A DNA stretch of 63,856 bases, the filler included, from Limisphaerales bacterium (GTDB lineage: Bacteria; Verrucomicrobiota; Verrucomicrobiia; Limisphaerales; SIBE01), in the NCBI GenBank assembly GCA_044225505.1. It is 3 parts of 3 records of this genome, joined end to end, with 100 filler letters (N's around TTAATTAATTAA, not from the genome) between each part and the next. Parts side by side here need not be neighbours in the genome. Positions count along the whole stretch, not along the records: positions 1 to 22,882 come from JBGAIN010000139.1; 2 more parts are not named here. One strand, written 5' to 3'. The translations under genes were made by a program, and so were the position numbers. Of the stretch, positions 1 through 8,391 are shown piece after piece. Positions within the stretch are counted from its first letter, which is position 1. Each line of letters opens with the position of its first letter. The notes below the pieces were generated by a model. The model did not search any database, had not been told where the DNA came from, and worked only from the letters and a program-made list of their open reading frames with translations.

Positions 1-393
1 TGCTTCCTTTCCGGCCCTCTGACGGCAAGGCAAAACCACCCTCCTGCGGTGACGACCAAAGCCAGCCAACCACTCCGTTTTGGGGCCATCCATTTTCCAA
101 GACACCCAGCAGTCGCCCTTTAGGGGTCAGGAGGTCTGAATTTGCTCCTGGATACCGTTTACCGCCGACGCCCAAGTTGAGGTGATGGATCTGGGCTGCC
201 AAAGTTCCGGTGGGAAACGCAGACGGACGTCGTTCGCTAACCACGTCTCGAAGTCGTAGGACCTTGAGAATCAGAAATTTAGCTCATACCAAAGTATGGA
301 TTCCGAGGAAGAACGGCTTCGGGCGGGAAGCGAGTCGAAGTTTTTGCTCACTCGGATAGTAGTTTGCTTGTAACTAAGGAGTTCGTTCGTTGC

Positions 394-450
394 TGACCCA
401 CAGGTCACCCACTCGGGAGTGGGTGACCTGTGGGTCACCTACGAATGAAG
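394..450 (-). repeat. REP-like palindromic element, copy A
   Basis: Perfect 21-bp inverted repeat TGACCCACAGGTCACCCACTC (394-414) / GAGTGGGTGACCTGTGGGTCA (417-437). On the minus strand it is preceded by CTTCATTCGTAGG, which contains GTAG. Homologous to 54724-54780. Confidence 0.75.
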
Positions 451-752
451 AAGCGTTCAAGACCCAAAGTTCGAGCCGAACAAGTCCAAACGCGCGAGCC
501 TCCCCACCCTACGCAGGCGATTGTTCTGCTTCGGGCTGGGGAGCCGATCGATCGCAACGCCGTGTCGATCCTCGGCGACTTTGATGAGCATCGGCGGAGC
601 CAGTTTTGGAGTGGGCCTTTGACGTGGCTGGCGCGGGGCAATACTCAGCGTGGGTCTTGCCTTTACCCGGCTTTTTCGCTCGCGCCAAGCAAGTAACCTT
701 GAACTGTGCAGTCGCGCACAGCACATTCCTCGAGAAGTGAGTCAACAAGCCC

Positions 753-1472
753 ATGATTGAACCGCTGCTGTTAACCACCGCGCGCATTTCGACCTTTGAC
801 GGTCAGCATCCCCTGACCAACGCCAGCGGTTTCTTCTTCGAACGCGACGGTCGACTATTCCTCGTGACGAGCAGGCATGTGGTGATTGACGCGCCGAGCA
901 AACACTTTCCCAACCGGCTCGAGATTGAACTCCACACCGACGCCAAGAATCTGACACGTTCCACTGGTCTGTCGGTGTTACTGCACAAGGGCGGGAAAAG
1001 CGTTTGGAGACAGGGCAAAGATGCTGGAGGCGAAATTGATGTGGCGGTTCTCGAATTGGATCCAGCAGCACTGCCGCAGTCCGTAGTGCTTTGTTGTTTC
1101 ACTCCGTCGCATTTGCAGGGTTCACTTCAGGAAGTGGAAGTCGGGGCGTCGCTACTTATCGTGGGATTCCCGCTGGGCTTTCACGATTCATTGCATCATC
1201 TGCCCGTAGTACGGCAGGCCGCCATTGCGTCTTCCTTTGGTCTCCGTTTTCAAGGCATGGGTTACTTTCTCACCGATGCGCGAACCCACCGGGGCAGCAG
1301 CGGCGCGCCGGTCGTGATGCGCAGCCCTGCGTCGGACGCGCCATTGCCCTGGAAACTGCTGGGGGTGCATTCCGCGCGCATGGATATGGGGAGCCGCGAT
1401 TTGCAGCTGGACGAGACTCTGGGTCTAAACTGCGCCTGGTATGCTGATATCCTGCTCACTCTGACAAGTTGA
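753..1472 (+). CDS. Trypsin-like serine protease (no signal peptide)
   Basis: Catalytic triad motifs LVTSRHV, IDVAVL and GSSGAPV. Confidence 0.9.
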   Translation: MIEPLLLTTARISTFDGQHPLTNASGFFFERDGRLFLVTSRHVVIDAPSKHFPNRLEIELHTDAKNLTRSTGLSVLLHKGGKSVWRQGKDAGGEIDVAVLELDPAALPQSVVLCCFTPSHLQGSLQEVEVGASLLIVGFPLGFHDSLHHLPVVRQAAIASSFGLRFQGMGYFLTDARTHRGSSGAPVVMRSPASDAPLPWKLLGVHSARMDMGSRDLQLDETLGLNCAWYADILLTLTS

Positions 1473-1746
1473 GGGGTCTGGGCAGGGCGCGCAGCTGCAG
1501 AGGAGCGCTCCAGCGCCGTTCCGGTTCAACAGGTAGGGTTTCACCCCATATCTATTGCGGACCTAAAGCTCCATCCTATGGACTGGCGTTGTGACTGAAG
1601 GACGAGCTTTGGAGGGCATGGGCCTGCAATGGCTGCTGGCCAAGGCGCTCATCATCAACTTCGCCGACAGAAGCAGACGACCCAGGGAGGCGAACGGTTC
1701 GTGCGCCGCGGGAATGAACCGGAGACGTCTCCAGAGAGTGATACGC

Positions 1747-1938
1747 ATGAAGGCATTACCAGCAGTAAAAAACATAATTATCGACGAAGCCAACGAGGTG
1801 ACTTACGTGGTCGAGGCGGCTCGAGTCCTCACTGACGGTGAGGTCTTCAGCGCGATCCGATTGGCTCTCCTGCTGCGCGGCGGGAAACGCCCTGGCAAAG
1901 GTGAAACACTTGAGATTGCGACATCCAGATGGAACTAA
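1747..1938 (+). CDS. Small hypothetical protein (63 aa)
   Basis: MKALPAVKNIIIDEANEVTYVV... has globular-looking composition and overlaps the start of the next gene; start chosen at ATG 1747. Confidence 0.6.
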   Translation: MKALPAVKNIIIDEANEVTYVVEAARVLTDGEVFSAIRLALLLRGGKRPGKGETLEIATSRWN

Positions 1939-2270
1939 CCATCGACAGAATGCATGCTGATCCCTATCGCGCGGGGCCTGGGCCCGAGCTGGACGCACTT
2001 ATTCACGAACGTTTGATGAAGCTGCCATGTAAGGACGGACGCGCCCCTGCGTATTCGGCAGATACAAACCTGGCTAAACGAGTCCTGACGAAGCTGAAGA
2101 TGGGTCAACAGTCCGTAATCGTCGGCCGCACAAGCCTTGAGGGCAGAACGTGGTTTGCTCGCTACGAAAGAAATGAGATGGACGGAACAGAAGTATTCGC
2201 CGACTCGTTCGAATTGGCCATCTGTCGACTTGCCCTGCTGCGCATCGCGGATTCGGATCCGGCACCATGA
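1929..2270 (+). CDS. Phage ABA sandwich domain protein (BC1872-like)
   Basis: Pattern GPELDALIHE ... PAYSAD...A..V ... ADSFELAICRLAL. Confidence 0.7.
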   Translation: MELTIDRMHADPYRAGPGPELDALIHERLMKLPCKDGRAPAYSADTNLAKRVLTKLKMGQQSVIVGRTSLEGRTWFARYERNEMDGTEVFADSFELAICRLALLRIADSDPAP

Positions 2271-2394
2271 ATCCTGAAGTCCCGGGACGGGGGCGCGCGT
2301 CGCCAGGACACGGTCTTCGAGCTCCCCCACGGTGCGAAGCGAGCGCCGGCGCGGCCCGCTGAAGGTTGCCAATCCAACAGGCCTCACCCCGCGA

Positions 2395-2739
2395 CTAGGG
2401 TTGGTCCCTTTCCGAAGGTCCAAGATCAAACACGTTCATACAGAGCTCGACCTCGAACAATTCACGAAAGCTGCGAAGGTCCCGCTTGCGTGGCCAAGCG
2501 TTTAGATCCAGCGACCATGCCAACAGCGCCTGTTCAAAGAAACGGTTCAGATTACTCTCCAGAAACTGCAGCACTTGAGCTTCGGATTCCAGCTGCGGGA
2601 CCAAGACCGCAATGGGATGGTTTCTGAGCTTACTCAGCTTGACCCCAGGCTCGCTCCCAGCGAGGGAGTTGAGCCAGTCGAGCATGGGCTGTTTCGGTCT
2701 TAAGGTCAAAGCCCCCAGTCCAGTGAGTCGTAAAGACAT
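2395..2739 (-). CDS. Conserved hypothetical protein (114 aa)
   Basis: RPKQPMLDWLNSL ... AWP.KR....FRELFEVE...VFDL resembles a widespread uncharacterised family. Start set at ATG 2739; the longer ORF to 3042 is antisense to the RRM remnant. Confidence 0.75.
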   Translation of the reverse strand: MSLRLTGLGALTLRPKQPMLDWLNSLAGSEPGVKLSKLRNHPIAVLVPQLESEAQVLQFLESNLNRFFEQALLAWSLDLNAWPRKRDLRSFRELFEVELCMNVFDLGPSERDQP

Positions 2740-2803
2740 CCGCCATCCTATCACAGCCGGGATAGGCTGTCGTTTTCTGAATTGCTCGGGCCGTAGCAAA
2801 AAG

Positions 2804-3052
2804 ATGCGTGGGGACATCTGCGAGCTGTCTACCAGCATTGGCGAATCCGGTTCCGCGCCGTTAGCCAACAGATCTTCCCGAGGAATGATTACTATCCATC
2901 CGATGAGTACGCTGGAAGAGGCGCAGAACGCCATCAACGCGCTGAACGGAGCCTCGGTCAAGGGACGGAACATGACCGTGAACTTGGCCAAGCCGCGCGA
3001 AGAACGCGCGCCTGGCGGTGCCCAGCGTAGCTTCGAGCGCAATCGCTATTAA
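2804..3052 (+). pseudogene. Degenerate RRM (RNP-1-type) RNA-binding protein
   Basis: C-terminal half is typical (MSTLEEAQNAINALNG...GRNMTVNLAKPREER). The helix-A region is eroded (DICEL..SIGE..SA), RNP1 is replaced by SRGMITIHP and no RNP2 is recognisable. Confidence 0.65.
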
Positions 3053-3244
3053 ACGGCTGTCACGTCGTTAACGAGGTTCGGATTGCCCAAACCTCGGATT
3101 AGTCCGCACCATCGATTGGACCTGCAGGAGCGGCAGCGTTTCCTAAGGGCCTTTTCCAACGAATGACCCACGAGATCAGATAAATCATCGAGGAATCAAT
3201 GACCATAAAGGACAGACCGCTCGCAGTATGTTACGGTAAGAGGA

Positions 3245-3883
3245 ATGCCGCAAAACGACTTGAACCTGGCGAAACTCGAAGAACTCGTAGAAGATAATCG
3301 CATCGCCCTTGAGCACGCTGAGGATTTGCTGGCATCCATGCAGACGTTGCCCAAAGGAGAGACTACCGCTCAGACCAGCGTGACGTCGGAAAGCTTCCCG
3401 GCGGTCCCACCTCCTAAACCACCCGAAACCACCACGGGCAACTCGAACGATCCAGCAACCAGCCCTTGGTTAGACTTGGCGCAGCTGGCGCGGGTTGAGT
3501 TAACCTCGGGAGGGTCGGCCGCTTATCCAATTGAGTCAGTGTTCTCGCAGCTGGGGCCTGGCTGGCGTTCACTAACCCCAGGAAGACAAACGATTCGGCT
3601 CGTGTTCACCCAACCGCAATCAATTCACCGAATCTATTTGGAGTTTCTGGAAACCGAGCGTGAACGAACCCAAGAGTTCGTCCTCTCCTGGCGCCAAAAC
3701 GGGGCTCAAAACCATCGAGAGATCGTCCGTCAACAATATGTTTTCAGTCCAGGTGGATCCACTCGAGAAGTGGAAGAATATCGAGTCGACCTACCGGATT
3801 TGATTGAGGTGGATCTCTCCATTACCCCGGATATCAATGGTGGCAACGCGTCCGCGTCATTGGCTAAGTGGGGGATGACCTAG
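3245..3883 (+). CDS. Galactose-binding-like fold (carbohydrate-binding family) protein with an N-terminal helical and Pro-rich extension
   Basis: WLDL...VELTS...YPIE...GWR...PG.QTIRLVF..PQ.I.RI...RTQEFVL.W...EIVRQQYVFSP. Confidence 0.75.
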   Translation: MPQNDLNLAKLEELVEDNRIALEHAEDLLASMQTLPKGETTAQTSVTSESFPAVPPPKPPETTTGNSNDPATSPWLDLAQLARVELTSGGSAAYPIESVFSQLGPGWRSLTPGRQTIRLVFTQPQSIHRIYLEFLETERERTQEFVLSWRQNGAQNHREIVRQQYVFSPGGSTREVEEYRVDLPDLIEVDLSITPDINGGNASASLAKWGMT

Positions 3884-3919
3884 GCCAGACCTGTGTCCGT
3901 CCCTTGGGAAGTCGGCGCT

Positions 3920-4870
3920 TCACAAAGGCCGATTTGCAGCAGCGGGAGTATCTCTTAGGATGCCCAGCAGACGGTCCGGGAAATCGGTAATTAATCCGTC
4001 TGCCCCCAAGGCCATCAGGCGGCGCATTTCTTCCTCGCTATTTACCGTCCAATAGTGCACTCCCACGTTTCGAGCGTGGGCCGCGGCCAGGAAGCTCGCA
4101 CTCGTCAAATCGAAACCAGAGGTTTCCTTAGGGTCAGACGGCACCTGGAAAGCAACGGCTGGCTTGGACCACAAGTTCGCCAAACCGAGCAGGCGGAGAA
4201 TGACAAATTGCCGTGTTTCTGCCTTCGCGGTGGAGGTTGGGACTGCGTCGCCAGCGAAACGTCGGAACGCTTCGAGAGTCGCATCGTCAAAACTCGCCAC
4301 AAGAACGCGCGCTTCCCGTCGGTATTGCCGGATCAATCGTGCCAATTCAGCCGCGGCTCGGCGTCCGACCTCGCCACGATCCTTGATTTCTATGATCATT
4401 CCGACGGTCGGGTAGAGTTGAAACAGCTCGTCCAACGTGGCGAGCGCCGCGCGCTCGCTCTTCCCCGTGGTTTGCGGAGGACGAAAATGAGCTCCAAAGT
4501 CCAATGCCTTAAGTTCAGCGACGCTAAGGTCGAGAACCGCTCCAGTGCCATGGCTGGTCCGATCCACCGTTGCATCGTGATGTGTCACTAGCACACCGTC
4601 GCGCGCAAGTCTCACGTCCATTTCCAACAAGTCACATCCCAGGGCCACGCTGGCGGCAAACGCCGGAAGGGTGTTCCCTGGGTGCAGGCCCAAACCGCCA
4701 GCGTGCGCGATGACCAATGGCCGATTTGCTCGGCTTCGAAATGGGTTGAGCTCCGCGACAGGTCGTCGGACCGGGATCGAGTGGAGCAGGACCCAAAGAA
4801 TGACGACCAACGCCACGCTCGCAGTCAACCGGCGCCAACCGCTTCTAAAACGTCTCCCGTCCTTCTGCAT
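3920..4870 (-). CDS. Glycerophosphodiester phosphodiesterase family protein
   Basis: IAHAGG, PGNT, LEMDV, HHD.TVDRT, IEIK, WTVN and GLITDFP motifs; N-terminal TM/signal segment. Confidence 0.92.
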   Translation of the reverse strand: MQKDGRRFRSGWRRLTASVALVVILWVLLHSIPVRRPVAELNPFRSRANRPLVIAHAGGLGLHPGNTLPAFAASVALGCDLLEMDVRLARDGVLVTHHDATVDRTSHGTGAVLDLSVAELKALDFGAHFRPPQTTGKSERAALATLDELFQLYPTVGMIIEIKDRGEVGRRAAAELARLIRQYRREARVLVASFDDATLEAFRRFAGDAVPTSTAKAETRQFVILRLLGLANLWSKPAVAFQVPSDPKETSGFDLTSASFLAAAHARNVGVHYWTVNSEEEMRRLMALGADGLITDFPDRLLGILRDTPAAANRPL

Positions 4871-5156
4871 TGTCAGGTCTCGCCAGAGTCAGAGATCTAA
4901 ATTGGATATCCACTGAAGACCAAAAGGAGAATACTGACGCCGAGGAGGAGTGCAAGGCCGCTGCAGATTCGAGGGTAATCCGGCGCCAATTGCCATGGAA
5001 ACGTTGCTACGAATCACCGAGCGCGAATGACAAACGCTCGACCCCCGTCCGCTCAGGAACCGAATCGACGTTGGTTCCGATTTGCAGAGCGATTCAGTCC
5101 AACCTACTGTTTCGAGGAAAACGCAGAGTAAGTCACCGGCAGCAGGGACAAGAATC

Positions 5157-5960
5157 ATGACGATCACAAAATTTATATTTAACCGGAAGTGGCTTCCGGC
5201 AGTATGCGGCTTTTTGTTGACGTGGGTCGGTTGTTCCCAGCCGCCAAAAAACGAGCTCATCGTTGGCATGGAGCTGAATTATCCACCATTTGAGATGGTG
5301 GACGACTTGGGCAAACCCGCTGGTATTAGCGTGGAGTTGGCCGATGCATTGGGCAAGTCGCTCGGCACCACGGTCACCATCCAGAACATCCCCTTTGACG
5401 GGCTGATTCCCGCACTCAAAACGAGCAAGATCGACCTGATCATCTCCTCCATGACAGCGACTCCGGAGAGGGCACAATCGATCGATTTCTCGGAGCCGTA
5501 TCTTCGAACGGGACTCTGTTTATTGGTCAGCAAACAGGCGGGCATTCGTTCGATGGAGGACCTCGACGCACCCGAACGCACCGTCGCTGTGAAGCAAGGC
5601 ACGACCGGGCAACTCTACGCCAAAGCACATCTCAAGAACGCGCATCTCTTAACTCTGGATAAGGAGGACGCCTGTGTTCTGGAGATCGTCCAAAACAAAG
5701 CCCAGGCTTTCATTTTCGATCAAATGTCGATCTTCAAGCATTGGCAACGTCACCGAGAAAAGACTGAGGCGCTGCTCAAGCCATTCCAGGAGGAACGTTG
5801 GGCCATTGGCATTCGCAAAGGGAATGAGGCGCTCAAAACGAGGGTCAACGCCTTTCTTGCGGAGTTCCGCGCTCAGGGCGGATTCGATCAACTGGCCAAT
5901 CGGCATTTGAAAGAGCAGAAAGACGCTTTTCAAGCCATGGGCCTTCCGTTCTATTTCTAA
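5157..5960 (+). CDS. Polar amino-acid ABC transporter substrate-binding lipoprotein (SBP_bac_3)
   Basis: Lipobox-like WVGC; YPPFE, FDGLIPAL, SSMTATPER and DFSEPY motifs. Confidence 0.95.
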   Translation: MTITKFIFNRKWLPAVCGFLLTWVGCSQPPKNELIVGMELNYPPFEMVDDLGKPAGISVELADALGKSLGTTVTIQNIPFDGLIPALKTSKIDLIISSMTATPERAQSIDFSEPYLRTGLCLLVSKQAGIRSMEDLDAPERTVAVKQGTTGQLYAKAHLKNAHLLTLDKEDACVLEIVQNKAQAFIFDQMSIFKHWQRHREKTEALLKPFQEERWAIGIRKGNEALKTRVNAFLAEFRAQGGFDQLANRHLKEQKDAFQAMGLPFYF

Positions 5961-6051
5961 GTCGCAGTCCCGGACTTCATGAGGGTAGATTCAGCCCAGC
6001 CGAACTACTTGAAGAGCCAAACGAATCTGACGGATCGACTGCAGTAAGCCC

Positions 6052-6849
6052 ATGGGTTTCGCAAAACGATGGTTTTTTGAGTTGTCGGACCTGGACGGGC
6101 GATCGGATCGCTGGATTCGCCGAGCGGCGAGCGCGACCGTCGCCCTCCTGGGAATCGCTTTGGTCTTCGCTTTCTCCTTTCATCAACTTCGTTACCACTG
6201 GAACTGGTCGGTCATTTACAAATACCGCTGGACTCTCATCTCAGGATGGTTTGTGACGATCCTCGTCTCCTTGGCGTCCCTCGTTTTGAGCACGGTCATC
6301 GGAGTTCTATTCGCCCTCGCGCAACGCACGTCATTCCTTCCCCTTCGCTACATTGGCCGGTTATACGTTGAACTGGTGCGAGGAACGCCGCTTCTCGTTC
6401 AGATCCTGATCTTCTTCTACGTGGTCGCGGACGCATTTCACCTGGCGAACCGATACGCCGTGGGGGTTCTGGTTTTGTCATTCTTCAGTGGCGCATATAT
6501 CAGCGAAATCATTCGCGCGGGAATCGAAAGTATCGGACAGGGACAACTGGAATCAGCCAAAGCCATTGGCCTGACACGCCTTCAAACGTACCGTTATGTC
6601 ATATTCCCCCAAGCCTTCCGACTAACCCTGCCTCCCCTGGTGGGTCAACTTGTATCTCTGATCAAAGATTCGTCGTTGCTGTCGATTATCGCGGTCAACG
6701 AATTCACACAATCGGCGCGTGACGTGAATTCCGTAACCTACAGCGCTCTCGAATGCTACATCCCTTTAGCCATTGGATACCTTTTGCTGACACTGCCCAT
6801 TTCCGTCTGGACCCGAGCGTTGGAGGAAAGAATCCGCTTTGAAAATTGA
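6052..6849 (+). CDS. Amino-acid ABC transporter permease (HisM/GlnP family)
   Basis: YVELVRGTPLLVQ, AYISEIIRAGI, ESAKAIGL and IKDSSL motifs. Confidence 0.95.
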   Translation: MGFAKRWFFELSDLDGRSDRWIRRAASATVALLGIALVFAFSFHQLRYHWNWSVIYKYRWTLISGWFVTILVSLASLVLSTVIGVLFALAQRTSFLPLRYIGRLYVELVRGTPLLVQILIFFYVVADAFHLANRYAVGVLVLSFFSGAYISEIIRAGIESIGQGQLESAKAIGLTRLQTYRYVIFPQAFRLTLPPLVGQLVSLIKDSSLLSIIAVNEFTQSARDVNSVTYSALECYIPLAIGYLLLTLPISVWTRALEERIRFEN

Positions 6850-7570
6850 CATCTCCCACCTCCACAAGAGCTTTGGCGCCCATCGAGCCCTGGACGGAGT
6901 ATCCCTGGCCGCGGAAGGTGTCCGCAGCTTGGTTTTGATCGGACCCTCTGGAGGTGGGAAAACCACTCTCTTGAGGATCTTGGCCGGGTTGGAAGTTCCG
7001 GATAGCGGGGAGATACGCTTTGACGGCGAGGTCATGGGTTTTGATGAGGCGTCTCTGCAGAAGCATCGACGTTGCGTGAGCGTTGTGTTCCAAGCCTTGA
7101 ACCTGTTTCCCCATTTAACCGCCCTGCAAAACATCACGCTGCCCCTGGAAAAGGTGCACGGCTACGAACCTAAAGCAGCACTGGAGCTGGCGAATCAGTT
7201 GCTAAACAGGTTTCAACTGCACGCGCACGGTTCAAAAAGACCAGCCGCGCTTTCGGGAGGACAGCGCCAGCGAGTAGCGATTGCGCGTGCCGTCGCGACC
7301 AAGCCGCAGATCCTATTCTTCGACGAACCGACCTCCGCATTGGACCCGGAAATGACCGCGGAAGTCCTGGACATGATCAAGCAACTCTTGGAAGAAGGAA
7401 CGGACCTCGTTCTAGTGACCCACGAGATGGGCTTCGCGCGCGTCGTGGCAGACCGTGTGGCTTTTCTATCCCAAGGACGGATTGTGGAGTATGGCACAAC
7501 CGAATCGGTGTTTACGGCTACTCAGTCCGACGAATGCCGACGATTTCTCGCCACTGTCCTAAAGTACTAA
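6839..7570 (+). CDS. Amino-acid ABC transporter ATP-binding protein (GlnQ family)
   Basis: GPSGGGKTT, LSGGQRQRVAIARA, FFDEPTSALDPE and VTHEMGFA motifs. Confidence 0.95.
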   Translation: MKIDISHLHKSFGAHRALDGVSLAAEGVRSLVLIGPSGGGKTTLLRILAGLEVPDSGEIRFDGEVMGFDEASLQKHRRCVSVVFQALNLFPHLTALQNITLPLEKVHGYEPKAALELANQLLNRFQLHAHGSKRPAALSGGQRQRVAIARAVATKPQILFFDEPTSALDPEMTAEVLDMIKQLLEEGTDLVLVTHEMGFARVVADRVAFLSQGRIVEYGTTESVFTATQSDECRRFLATVLKY

Positions 7571-7615
7571 TCCCTTGGGCTCGCGAAGAGCGTTTGCCCG
7601 GTCTGGTGGTTCCGA

Positions 7616-8380
7616 TCACCGCCGTACCCACACGGTCGCCAAGGCAACGCTCCATTGATACTTCCGCGCGTGTTCCCGAATCAGGAATGGCAAATCTCGA
7701 GTCTGGGCAAGCACGAAATCCGGTTGCAAGATCGTTTGCAGTGAATCGAGAGTTCGCCGCGGCCCCCCCTCATCCAAAACTCCTCCCAACCATTGAGCGC
7801 GCGGCGTATAGGATTCCATCCACGTGCAGGGCGTTGTCAGGATCAACTGCCCTCCCGAAACGACGTGCTTGGCAAGGGAATGCAGGCATTTCCGCGGATC
7901 CGTCAGGCGGTCCAACAAATTGGCCAGCAGAACAATGTCAAACTCACCGATGTCCGGGCGCAAGGCGAGGGCATCACCTTGCTCAAAACGCACCCGAGTT
8001 CGGTCGATCCCAGGCGGCACGGAAGCAACGGCTGCGATCGTGAGTTCTCCTTCGTCCACATAACGGTAATGGACCGAACCCCTATCTTTCAGCTGCTGCG
8101 CCACTTCAATAAATCGCCGGGAAAAGTCGATCCCGAGCACTTGCGCACAGTGGATCGCCAGTTCAAAGGATGAACGCCCCACCGCGCAGCCCAGATCAAG
8201 GGCGCGTGCATTGGGTCGAAGCCGGTCGACGTCAAGACACTCTGAAACACAGCGTCCCGGATATCCGAGCGCCGTCGCCGGCCCGAACGGCCAAGACAGA
8301 ATCTCAGCCGGCGACCCATAATGGAAAAGCAAATACTCGGAAAGCGCCCGTTCAGATTCGTAAAACTCGGTGGCGTGCAT
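7616..8380 (-). CDS. Class I SAM methyltransferase of the OvoA C-terminal type (putative mercaptohistidine N-methyltransferase)
   Basis: YESERALSEYLLFHYG, ALDLGCAVGRSSFELA, NLLDRL and W.ESYTP...WLGG motifs. Confidence 0.85.
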   Translation of the reverse strand: MHATEFYESERALSEYLLFHYGSPAEILSWPFGPATALGYPGRCVSECLDVDRLRPNARALDLGCAVGRSSFELAIHCAQVLGIDFSRRFIEVAQQLKDRGSVHYRYVDEGELTIAAVASVPPGIDRTRVRFEQGDALALRPDIGEFDIVLLANLLDRLTDPRKCLHSLAKHVVSGGQLILTTPCTWMESYTPRAQWLGGVLDEGGPRRTLDSLQTILQPDFVLAQTRDLPFLIREHARKYQWSVALATVWVRR

Positions 8381-8391
8381 GCTCCGAAGGC

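Noticed and set aside
1..30. Minus-strand CCGTCAGAGGGCCGGAAAGGAAGCA resembling SRP RNA domain IV
   Set aside because: Extra bases break the CAGG-NCC-GGAA-GGN-AGCA geometry and the window edge cuts it; it needs upstream sequence and cmscan.
1..89. Possible minus-strand gene start (MAPKRSGWLALVV...) running off the window
   Set aside because: Too short to support.
25..90. c-di-GMP-I riboswitch-like GGCAAA...GACG..CAAAGCC
   Set aside because: No GNRA tetraloop in P2 and no convincing P3 or receptor.
118..140. tRNA-like fragment TTAGGGGTCAGGAGGTC
   Set aside because: No T-arm or cloverleaf.
4920..5060. Glycine riboswitch-like words (GGAGA...CGCCGA...CTCAGG) upstream of the ABC transporter
   Set aside because: Spacing and stems do not fit the aptamer.
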